Of a stretch of 64,000 bases of DNA, positions 50,601 to 61,741 are shown in pieces. This stretch comes from Microbotryum violaceum. Taxonomy: Eukaryota. Where the stretch lies: assembly GCA_001244265.2 (NCBI GenBank), contig CDLV01000019.1:186001-250000 (forward strand). The letters are read 5' to 3'. The position numbers and the translations under genes were made by a program. The notes beneath the pieces are model-generated. The model was not told the DNA's origin, ran no database searches, and saw nothing but the letters and a program-made list of their open reading frames with translations. Numbering within the stretch: the stretch's first letter is position 1; the number at the start of each line of letters is the position of its first letter.

Positions 50601-52000
50601 CGGGGAACGAACGACGGTCAGAGTCGGCAGGCTCGATGTAGCCAATAGGAGAACGACATCATGGAAAACGTGGAAGCGCAGATCAGAGCACAGGGACTCG
50701 ACCCGACACAGAAGAACTAGCAGAGCGTCTGGACAACGGATGGCTCGGTCATAAACTGGGGGGCCTGTCGGACATCCACGGCAGCAGCAGTGGTGGGCGA
50801 AGTGGACCTTAGAATACTTCTCCCGTATCGTGCAACAATTCAGCAAGCGGAAGTTACCGCGCGCATTGTGGCGGTGATTGCTGCGCGGTACATGACGTCA
50901 GACGGGGCACCGATCACTATCATGACGGACCATCTGGAAACGGCGCGCCTCATCAAGGAGTGGCAGACGCACCCAGAGCGGGAGATATCGAGGAAAATAC
51001 CCAGTCTCTCGTATCACTCGTGGCTCCGAAGGTTGGTGTTGGCCACGTCAATGCTTACTGTACACCAAATAGTGGAGAAAAGGCTGACACAGGTACGAAA
51101 ATTAGCCGACACAACATGGAAGAAAATTCGCCTATTACAGTTAACAGGGATGAAACTGGCAATCTACCCCTACAGAAAAGCGAGATCGTCGTATGCTGCA
51201 CTGGTGCAATGGCAACTTCGAAGCTCATCACTGCCACTACACATGCAAGCGCGAAACTTACGGCTGCCGTAGGGCACAACTTGCCTAAAAAGAAAAGTGT
51301 GTCTGCAAGGACCAAAGTAACGTTGGCTCCCTTCTGATTTCAATCAGCATTGATTGAAATTAGTAGCTTTTTTGGCTGTGGTCCAGTGTAAGGCCAGCCC
51401 CTTCACAACTGGACTACACACAGAGCTCCCTTGCGCCTTAAATGGCTCGCTTCTGATTCCGCATCCATTGAATTTGTTCGCTTTTTTGGCTGTGTAGTCC
51501 AGCTGTGAGGGGCTAGCAAAAAACCTAACAATTTCAATCGATGCTGATTGAAATCAAGTTTCGCGCTTGCATGTGTAGCAACAAGAATGAAGCGGCGCGG
51601 AAGTGAAGAGCAGCTGATCCCTCTTGCCCAGCGCAACGGGATCGGAGTTCGAAACGGACGAGCACGTTTTTCTCAGATGCCCAAAATCGGTGAGAATCCG
51701 AGTACAACTCCAATCAGACCTGAAAAACGCAACCATAGGTTTTATCAAGGCTACAGCTGACGACGTGAGCGAAGGGGAACGAGAGAAATTGGTCCGATTC
51801 GCACAGGATTTGGTATTACAATACGGATGGTGGTATGGTGTATGCTTCACTCCGGTACCGGCGTTAGCCATGGAGGCGCTACCAGAACGCTTGAGGGCGA
51901 AATTGCTGCAGACATGGCATCATGAACTGATTAAAGGGACAGCAAGGATATGGGGTGATCATCAAAAGCCGTGGGCGGAAACCCATAGGAGAAGATAGTG
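47650..52000 (+). mobile_element. Decayed non-LTR retrotransposon with APE C-terminus, RT, RNase H and zinc finger (distinct from the L1 copies)
   Basis: APE ILDR...DHKPI. RT NNYRAV, RDQKKGFD, KQGDPPNPL, VMDG. RNase H TDGSV, QQAEV, MTDH. Zinc finger ETDEHVFLRCP. Boundaries approximate. Confidence 0.8.
51240..51575. mobile_element. Fold-back MITE (TA TSD) inserted in the non-LTR element; right arm partly deleted
   Basis: TA|CACATGCAAGCGCG...CGCGCTTGCATGTG|TA; near-identical to 2006-2417. Confidence 0.88.
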
Positions 52001-52493
52001 AGAGTCAAGGAGGAAGGGATGGATAGAGTGCATCTCAAAGGAGCAGTGTAGGTTGCAGTATCGATCAGGGTAAGGGGAGCGGTTGGAAGTCGTAGGTCAG
52101 GTCAGAGGCGATAGCCCAGTTAATGTGGTCCAGCGCCCGATAAGGGTCGTCTTTTTGTAGACTAGCTGGAGCTTAAACCCTCATTCTCATTGACATCATC
52201 GCTAGACCAGCCGGTGCTCGCTCGCGGAGATCGGCCAAAGGTCGGTACCTCCCTGCCGAGCGTGCTGTTCGCTTTTGCACCTATACCTGCTGCGCGAAGC
52301 CCGTGCATTTCACCTTCCTTACAGCCAACGTTAATCCGACAACATAGGAGATACCGGCCTGACACTGCAGTGCCATTAATTTGCCAATCACCTAGCCAGC
52401 GGCGTCATCTCCGGCTCCAGCTTCCCGGCGCTTCGAGCCCTTTCCGCACCCGCGAGCAGCGCGCCACACGATCGGGCACCGGTAGATCGCGGC

Positions 52494-53700
52494 GTGACTC
52501 TCAGTGCTATCCCCAATGACGAGTCAGAGTCCTCCTCCCTCTGCCGCTGCCTCAATCCTGATCTCCAACTGATGGTAGTCATGCTCTACTTCGATAGGCC
52601 CGAACAAGGCTCCGTTCGATTCGACGACCCGAGCAGCGTCGCACTACACGACCTCTCATGGGTTGCAGACGAGCGGCGTCGCTACGAGTCTGCCCGCCGC
52701 CCGCACCAGTCAAAGCAGCGACATTCCTTCCAGTAGGGTCAACACCACTCCCAAAAGAACTTCGTCGGTGACATTCACCCCGCCACTACTTGACGAACCA
52801 GCTCAGGTCCTCCAACGTGGGCCACGGACCCTCGAAACAGATTCGAACGACGGTGCATCCCACTTTGGGAGCGCAGGCGCGGACGTTCGTCTCAATGCGC
52901 TCACCGAGAAGGCAACACATGACGTCAGGACTCTGCAGACGGTCATTCGTAAGTGATCACACAGCGACAAATATATACAACGTTGCTTATCAAACATCGG
53001 AAGCCACTCTTATCAGACGATCACAAGCATCATCACGAGACCGAGTACGTGACAAGGCTGCGGGATCTGCACATTCATCACCACCACATTCAACACCATG
53101 TGCAACCACTCGTCGACGACACGAGTTCGAAAGAGCAACACCACTACCAAAGCATGCCTGTCCAAGAAAAATTTGGTACGTCTCTGATGTGATGAACCAC
53201 ACCGTAGCTGTGAAACTGAAGCAACAATTTGAATGGCAACAGAGCAAAGAACCAACTCGCCAAATGATCTCGAATTGTGGGCACTGTTGAACAAGCAGCG
53301 CCATACCGAAACCCAAACTTGCCATGAGCGAATCGTTATACAGAACGGCGAACAAGTCCACGAGACGGTGCATTACCATGTGAGCGTTTCTGCTGAAACC
53401 GCGGTCCAAATGGGTTTCTTCGGAGCGCCTGATCCCACACGCAATCATTTTCCAAAAGGTCCATAACATTATCCAGCCCGTGATTTATCGGTATAGGCCC
53501 GTCCCTTCAGTTTGTACGAACCCAAACGTTGTTCGTTGATGCACACCTTCAGTTGCTCATGTCTGATCGACGCCCGCACACTTATCGGGCTGCCGGGGCA
53601 GCGTCTGCATTTCGAACCAAACCGATGCCGCCCAACTGAAGTTCGGGTTTCGAGCACGAGCTTACAGCGAGGGGTGTATGAGAAATTCAACTCGATTACA
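52494..53700 (+). CDS. His-rich conserved fungal protein (family often annotated 'allergen'-like), multi-exon; ends approximate
   Basis: Splicing gives LQTVI|HDHKHHHETEYVTRLRDLHIHHHHIQHHVQP...EQHHYQSMPVQEKF|...GEQVHETVHYH|VHNIIQPVI, with canonical donors GTAAGT, GTACGT and GTGAGC. Confidence 0.55.
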
Positions 53701-53707
53701 TACAACA

Positions 53708-55608
53708 TTATCTCCGCTTCGTGGTGTCCTTAAGCGCTGCCAGTCGGCCCGCATGCCCTGGGGGCAGATTCAGCTTGCGATTTGCGATTGTACGCGCACT
53801 ATCAAGGTCAAGTTGGAAGCCCGGGATCTTGATATTGTAGCTCCTCTCAAGATGCAGAGCAAGGTCTTTGACTTCGAGTCGATCTGATTTGCGATGCTTC
53901 GCCAATTGACATGAGAAGCGGGTGATAGAATCGATGAACTCGTCCGCGATCTCCAACAGTAACTGTATGACAAGGCAGAATGCACGGCAGGAAGATTGGT
54001 CAATTGAAGGCTCTGCGTTGCGCCAAGTACAACGTAGCTCACATCTTCGACTTCATCGCTGAGCCTTTCCTTGGGATCGACGCTTTCCAACAGCTCCCGG
54101 ATCTTGCGTTTCGACACCGTCCTACCTTTCGAATCCTCTCTCAAATCTTGCATCACACCCCCAACCTTGCTCGATCCCTTTGAGGGATTCCCTGCAGTGG
54201 GCGTAGCTCCTCCAACCCCAGCCGGCCCGGTTGGCCCATCTTTCGTCGAAGAAGGGCCACCCACGGCGTCCGCAACAGCCTGAGGCGTGAGGCCAGGATG
54301 CTTGATGATCGCTGGTGCCGACACACTCGGGCTGTTGGCCAGTCCGGACGACAAGGTGGGTCGAGGCGCGGTGAACGATTCAGGCGTGGGAGCCGGGATC
54401 GACAATTGAGAAGGAATCAGGTTTGCGCTCGCGTTCGACATCAAGTACGAGACGCTGACTTGGGCAGGAGGCGCGGCAGACGTGGCAGCTGAGGTACCTA
54501 TGGCGCCAGCGTTCGAAGTACTGGTGTTGATGGGGAGGGGTGCAACAGGATTCCCTGTTGAAGCAGCGGCGATCGCGGCTTGCTGCTGCTGCTGCTGCTG
54601 TGTCATCTGCTGGAATTGCTGCGCCTGTGCAAGAGCTTGCTGGTGCTGAATCTGAGACAATTGGCCGATCGCAGCAGGAGAGGGGGCAGCGGCTTGCCCA
54701 GCAGCGCTAGGGCCTGCAGGGCCTAACACCGGGGGTCGTGGCTGATGGGATTGCGCCGCAGCAGCGTCTTGAGCTTGCTGTTGCTTTTTTGTAAGCTTTT
54801 TGGCCGTCTTGGTGGGCGGAGGTGTTGAGCCAGCAGGTGCTGAGCTCGAGCCAGTGGAAGCTGTCAGAGGACCAGCATTTGTGCTTGCACCAGACGGGTT
54901 TGCGGCGTCTTGCGGGAGAGGTAGAAGCTGAGCACCACCCACAGTCGGTGACTGACGGAGACCTCCCGGTGTTTGCCCTGGTTGCTGCTGCTGGCCATAT
55001 TGTAGCGGAGAAGCGGTTCGGAATTGAGAATTTAGACCATTTTGTTGAATCTGCTGCTGCTGCTGATGGTGTTGCTGCTGATGTTGGAGCTGCTGTTGGA
55101 GCTGCTGCTGCTGCTGCTGTTGCATTTGAAGCTCACGTTGACGCATCGCAATTCTCTGAGCTTCTTGCATCTGGGCAACACCGCTAACGCCAATCATGCC
55201 AGGATTGCTTGGACCAGCTATCGACCCCCCGGCATTGCTCGTTTGACTGGCAGCAATCAGCAGTTTGATCACTCTCGAAAGATTGGCTCGAGCCTGGTCG
55301 AGCTCGGTCTGCATTTGGCGTCGTTGCTCGTCGGTTAAGTCATTCCTATGAGTGGCAGTTCGAGTCGCAGGATCAGTGCTGGTGCGAGAGAGAACCCGAA
55401 TTGCGTAACCGACCGGCAGGTCTGTATCTACCTCTTGAGCAACTCTTCGATGCTTTGAACACGCCGCTGTAGAGCCTGTACAGCTTGTTGCGGACTTTGA
55501 CCGGCGCTTTGAGACTGTGACGTACGTACATACACGGGATGTGAGCTGCGGGCTCTGAGATTGCCCACGTTGACATTGGACCGGGTCCGTGTGTAGTCGT
55601 GCACAAAC

Positions 55609-55656
<48 letters not shown>

Positions 55657-56549
55657 TTGCTGCTGCTGTTGTTGCTGCTGTTGCTGCTTTTGTTGTTGTT
55701 GGAGTTGCTGCTGTGCGAACTGCTGCGCAAGATGCTGTTGCTGAGGCTGTGGCATTTGCTGATAGATAGTTGGTTGTGGCTGCTGTTGATGTTGCTGCTG
55801 TTGTTGTTGTGCTGTAAGCAAATTTTCAACCAAAGGTACAGTCAGCTTTTCGAAATCTCACTCGTGCTAGCCCCGGGATCGGGTTGTAGGAGCAGGGGAC
55901 CCACGGTTTGATGGCCTATTTGCGGCGATCACAGCTTTGAGCAGCCCCATATGCTCGGGGGAGAGTCGGTCGCCGCGAGCCATGTTGACGAGTTGGGCGA
56001 GGAGAGGGGACTGCTGACCGCTGGGTGGATAGAGCACGCTTTGCAGATGTTGGATCGCGGCTTGCATGTTGCCTTGCAAGTGAAGTGGATACAAATGCGC
56101 GACTGAAGGAGACAAATTGAACGAGTCACCGAGCCAGCATCAGTCTCATCATCGAGGCCAACATATAGCGCAACCCAGTGGCGCAGAGGGCGAGACAAAC
56201 TGAGAGTGGCTTCGACATTCTGAGCTTGCTGTTGATGCTGCTGCTGCTGGAACTGCTGCCCCTGCTGTTGCTGTTGCTGAAGCAGCCGCTGTGCGTTGAG
56301 CATAGCTTGTTGCTGCTGCTGTAGATCCATCTGCTGCTGTTGCTGCTGCTGCTGAGGCGGGGGTGCGCGCAGGGGAACGGTGATGCCATTCTGTACGAGG
56401 TAATCCTGCACGGCCTGCGAGGTCGGCTCCTGGCCCGTCGATTCGCGCGTGACACGGAGAAAGTCTTGGAGGTTCTGCAGCTGTTGCGGCGTGAGAGTGC
56501 TGGCCGGCAATGCAGAGGCTCCGCTCCCGGGTCCCAAGCGAGGCGGCAT
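53708..56549 (-). CDS. TAF12: TFIID/SAGA subunit TAF12 with Q-rich N-terminus
   Basis: Histone fold [14 protein letters not shown]...[54 protein letters not shown]. Long poly-Q tracts; start MPPRLGPG. Confidence 0.93.
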
Positions 56550-56933
56550 CGTACACGCTGACCGCTGAACCGCGTCCTTGAAGGTGGGGGTCGAGCTTGG
56601 GGCTGGCGCTGTGGTTGATTGAGGTTGTACAACGATGTCAAGCGTGCTCTGCGGCTGGAAGGACCACACCAGGGGAGGTATCTAGGGTGAGCAGGTAGCA
56701 ATGCGGTCCGTCGAGCCAAGTCACACGCTGGAGCTTGCGACCTGGCCGCGCCGAGAAGGATGGCAGACACCCCGACGACAAGGTCATTACAATTCTCTGG
56801 TCGGTGGTCACACAAGTAAAGGTCCTATCGTTCCTGCCTCAAGGGGGCTTACCTGATCTGACGGAAAGTTTACGGCACGGCACGGTCACGCGTGGACTGA
56901 GCCAGAAAGACCGCGAGTAGCTGTCTAGGCCTC

Positions 56934-57900
56934 TGGTCTTTTCGGCTTTTGCTGCAAGGATTTGACGCGCCGATTCAGGCTCGCGCGCACGGACCCTCTC
57001 TCCCCCGTGGATGCTATAGTTGTGCTTCCCACACACGCGGGCTCACGGGCGGTACTCGCAACGCACGTTCCCTTTTGGGCCTTCACTGAGTTGTCGACGT
57101 TTCCCCCAGTGGATGCTACAGCTGTGCTTCCCACACGCGAGCTCACGGGCGGTACTACTCGCAACGCACGTTCCCTTTCGGGCCTTCACTGCGTTGTCGA
57201 CGTTTCCTTACCAGCTTCTGCGGCTGCGTTCACCACCTGTAGGGACAGGTGCGCTCCTCACTCCCAAGACTACCTCCCAGCTGACGAGGTCGCTGATCGA
57301 GAGTTCCATCTTGCCGGACGTTCACAGCTGCTAGCAGCTCGGTATGAAACCCTCGACGTGGCTCGCTTAGAGTAGCTCGGGGTAAGTGCTTCGATACACC
57401 CAAGCTTGTTGCACGGTGTACTTTGCACTTGGATCCCTGCAAATTCTTTGTGGGGGCATTTTGCTCCGAGTCCTTGTTGGGCAACGAGCTAAATCGCATA
57501 TCTCTCAGCAGACCCTTTGCCGTCCTTTGCACCAACCGCGCCACAACTGTCTTTATACAGTGTCTTGCCTTTGTCGCAAAGGTATGCTGAGACGATCAGT
57601 GGACTTGCTCCATCATCAGTTGCAGCCGACTGACATCCAGAAGCTTGGGTCGCAAAGCTCCCAATTGTCATCCGGCCCACCATCCCTGTGTATCACCAAG
57701 AAGTTCGGACTCTCCTCCGTTTAGATCAATTTCTTGCGGTTTTCCCCAGAAGGCCGGGTTTTCACCGCTTGAGGTATTTGTTTAACGACTCCTACACCAA
57801 TGTTGTCCTTCGTCTTGCTGCAACTCGAACCACTATTCCGCTACAACTCGCGCGAGTGGTCAGGAGAGTCGATAGGGCTTTGCCGGGGTTTAAGTTTTTA
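56934..57900. mobile_element. Decayed DNA-transposon fragment(s) with ~100-bp tandem duplication
   Basis: Terminus shared with 20808. Direct repeat 57005-57105 / 57105-57207. Interior shared with 22996-23180. Confidence 0.6.
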
Positions 57901-58340
57901 AGTCATAAATTCCAGCTAGTCTTATTCAAAGACAGAATCTAACAAACGCTAGATACGCAGCCCGCTGGACCACCATAACATGTGTCATATATCATACACC
58001 CATATTGTATACGGGCACTTCTTCATCAAATGGTCATTACACTCTCCTTTAAGTTGAAGCCGCTGTAGAAGCCGCTGTAGCCTTGGGTGGTTTCTCGGCA
58101 TAGCACTGCACATGTACAACAGAGCACAACCACATTGCATTAGATGATTCGAGTCGCGATCGTGCGGTAGGACCAGCGCTTTTCTCGCCGCTCTTCTGCT
58201 CGAAGTTGCCTGTACGAGGACCGGCACTTGGATAGGTAGCCGTGACCGAACGCACCGCAACCGCACTCAAGAGGGCAGTGACGGGTACGGTCGAGAGTGC
58301 AGTGGGCTCCGGTGCCGACAGGCAAGGCTACGCTTAAGCT

Positions 58341-58470
58341 TAGTTGCTCCATAGTTAGTTAGTTAACTATGTGTAAAATCCCACCTTCCAGCCATAACTA
58401 TCTAACTATCAACTATGACCCAATAGTTAGTTAACTAACTATAGTTGGGATAGTTAACTATGGAAAACTA
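58341..58470. repeat. AT-rich array of inverted ATAGTTA/TAACTAT motifs
   Basis: ATAGTTAGTTAGTTAACTAT, ATAGTTAGTTAACTAACTATAGTT, GATAGTTAACTATGG. Confidence 0.7.
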
Positions 58471-58712
58471 TCAAAATGGCCCCTAATAATGGCGCACGCC
58501 GAGCGTCGTTGAGGGCTTACCCAACACAATTACCCCATAGGGCTCAGCAGTATACACTAATTGTTTGGTTGTATTGAGCCTATTGCTCCTCTGGTTCTGC
58601 CACCGACTTATGAGAGCCGCTCAATGCCATGCTCTCAAACTACCCTCTTACGAAAGTGTAATAGTATAGTGCATATAAACTCGAGCAGTATACACTACTC
58701 TTGAAACAACCG

Positions 58713-58872
58713 TTGACAACAGCAATTTGTCATTTGGACGAGATTCTACATGACAGACCTACACCTCATCATCATCATCGAGGTAAATTGTTTGACAACA
58801 GCAATTTGTCATTTGGACGAGATATTACATGACAGACCTACACCTCATCATCATCATCGAGGTAAATTGTTT
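58713..58872. repeat. Tandem duplication of about 79 bp
   Basis: TTGACAACAGCAATTTGTCATTTGGACGAGAT...CATCATCATCATCGAGGTAAATTGTT occurs twice. Confidence 0.9.
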
Positions 58873-59873
58873 CTCTAGTTCCTGTGGCGCTCCTCTTGGC
58901 GGGCACGACCTTTGAGGGCTGCGCGCTGTATGACACTCTGACGATAGCTGTAGATATGCCAAATTGTGTATGCAGAGTTGGAGTCAGTGATGAGACTGGA
59001 AGGTGCGGCAGGACAACCAAATAAACTTACGAGTACTAGTAAGTATCATCGTAACTCGATCAATCAATTTCTTACGAGCAGCGTCATCATCAGCAACACC
59101 GGCCTTTTTTTTCTTTTTCTTTTTTTTCTTTCTGACTGGGGCCCAGCTGCCAACGCACATCTTGGCATTCAAGAGGGATCCGGAAGTGGCGTCTTGCAGT
59201 TGATTAATGGTACGGCGCCCAGCGGATCGCTTTTCGGCTTTTGCTGCAAGAGTTTGACGCTGAGGACTTTAGCGCGCGCGACTTCCAACACCCCCAGCCG
59301 TAAGCCGTGTCCGCACGCAGGCCTCCCGCCGTAAGCCGTGCCCGCACGCAGGCCTCCCGCCGTATGTCTGTTGAGCTTTAGCGGTAAGAGTTCCACGCTC
59401 AATGTTCAAGCGCGCATCCGTGCATCCAGTCCCTGACTCAGCGTCAACTTTCCTAGCCTCTCCGGAGCGCTCAGAGCCTAGCCCTCCCCGCGAGCGGCTC
59501 AGCGTACTTTCCTAGCCTCTACGGAGCGCTCAGCATCCCTAGGCCTCTCCGTGAGTCCTCAGAGTCTTTCCACCCCTCAAGCGTATTTGCGTCCGCGCCG
59601 CTTACTCCTCCTCGGCTCCGCACCGTCGACGCTTTCTGTTGCCAGCCCGCTGCTCCAGCACTGCCACCCTCTGCCAAGGGATTTACAGCAGCCGCTGCCT
59701 CCAGAAAACCCTCGACGCCCGCAGGCCCTGCCACGCGCTCGAGTATCCGCACAAGCTTTTGCTACCTCCGCCGAGACCGCACTAAGTGCTTCAATTCTCA
59801 TTGACACTCGTGCTACGCCTCGCAAAGACCTCTGTTTTGAGCTTCCAAAGCGCAACGTCCCGCCGCGCCATCA

Positions 59874-61720
59874 TGTCTGCCCCGCTTTACGACAAGAATA
59901 ACCCCATTCCCGGGACTCTTCCGCTAGCAACGCAGACTGTCAAATTGGTCTTCAACGCGCTCGACGACGGCTGCTTAACGCAGGAGGCCCAAACCGACCT
60001 GATCTTGAAACTGAGCGATGATGCCGGGCCACCTAGAAGGAACTCGTCCGCGGAGGCCGAACTCGCCTTTTGGCTCGCCCAAGTTCGCCCCATCCCCCTC
60101 GGCGTCAAACTTTCGCTTGAGACGACTAGCAACCTTCACCCGGTGGTAGCCTCAGCCCTCGTTTCCGAAGACCCAGACGCTTTCTTCGCGGCCAGCAGCT
60201 CGCGCTACTGGACCAACGACGGGCTATACCGAAGGAGAGCTCCCTCAGCGCCGGCTCAGACCCTCACGGACAGCAACACACGCGGTACCGACCCCGCCCC
60301 TGGGGCGCGCCCTGCGCCACCTGGCACGACGACGCGACCGCAGACCGTGCCCATCGAAGGTGTGGGCGATGTCCCGGCATACCGCGTGAACGACCTTCCG
60401 AGAGGCACCGACGACAAAATTCTCGTTGTTGACCGCTTATTTGTCGACTCCACCCAGCTGGACATGGCGGATTTCCCTGCTGGTTGCGTGTTCTAGATGA
60501 TTCCCTTGCCGAAGGGTACTCTCGTCTCAACCCAAGCCGCAATCAACGAAGACCAGTGGGTGGATGAGGAAAGTCAGCGAATGGATCAGCTCATACAACT
60601 TGCCGGCTCCGCCCCCGCTCGACCTCCGATCTCGCGTGCGCAAACGGCGCCGTCGCAGGTTCTTAGCTCGCGTTTCCCGACAGTGCAACAACAGCTCGGC
60701 GTAGCGCCGCCCCTGCCGGCCGGCTCTCAGACCCCTCTCGTTGGTGCCCTCGAGGTTGAGGATGAGTCCCGTCGCTACCGCCTAGGCCGCCTCACCGCCG
60801 CTCGATTCACGCCGGCCTATTCCTCCGACCCCAAGGTGATCAAATGGCTTCGGCAAGAGGAGGCCTGGGACCAAGCACGCCACCTCCCCCGCAATGACCC
60901 AACTTGGCTCGAGACAGCCGCGGGAGTGTTCCGTACCCAGCTGCAACGCCGCGGAGTCGTCAAGATGGACATCATTGAAGTGATGAAAATCATGTCGGGC
61001 GGCTTTGTTGACATCAGCGATGTCGTGCACCGCCAAGAAGCCGAGCTCTTCGACTCGTACACCAACGGCAACGGTATCGAGTTCAAGGGGATCCAGGCCC
61101 GGGCTCAAAAGAAAGTGTCGAGGACCAAGCCTCCTGTCACCAACTTCTCCGAGTTCATCCGAGCACTCAAGGAGATCGAAGTGGTGGAAAACGCAGTCTT
61201 CGGCACATACGATGGCGCCGACTGGACACACTACCTGAAGTTCCTTGACGAGATGCACACCGGCGCTCAAAACGGCTTCAAGGGCGCCAAACTTCCCATC
61301 GCTTTCAACGATTGCTTTCGCCGCATGCGCGCTGAACCAAACAACAGAGTCACCTCCCTCCTCGAAGTGAGCGAGTCCCACGCGGCGTACGTTAACACTA
61401 TCCTCTTGGTCGCAGCCCTCCCAAACAATCCCGAGCTCGAGGAGCGTACGTTTCGGCGGGTTCAAGGCTCATCCCAGGAGACAAACACCCGCACCAAGAA
61501 AAGCAAATCGTCCAATGGCAAGGATTGTATCTGTATCCGCTACAACAGACGACAGCCGCATCAACTTGCGTTGTGCGGTCGCGAGCATGTTTGCCTCGAT
61601 TGCGAGGCAAAGGACCACCAATCTGGTGATAGCGGTTGCCCGAATCTCGAGACCGGGATCGGACGCAAACTCGCAAAGATGGCGGCCAAATCTTCCGCTC
61701 GTTCTGCCGCTCGGCAATAG
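59874..61720 (+). CDS. gag-like ORF of the YR retrotransposon (in-frame TAG at 60494-60496)
   Basis: MSAPLYDK...; C-terminal CIRYN...CGREHVCLDCEAKDH finger typical of fungal DIRS/Ngaro gag. Confidence 0.7.
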
Positions 61721-61741
61721 ATTCCTAGAAGACGGCGACAG

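Noticed and set aside
55612-55911. Poly-Leu ORF on the plus strand
   Set aside because: Antisense shadow of the TAF12 poly-Q (CAG/CAA) tract.
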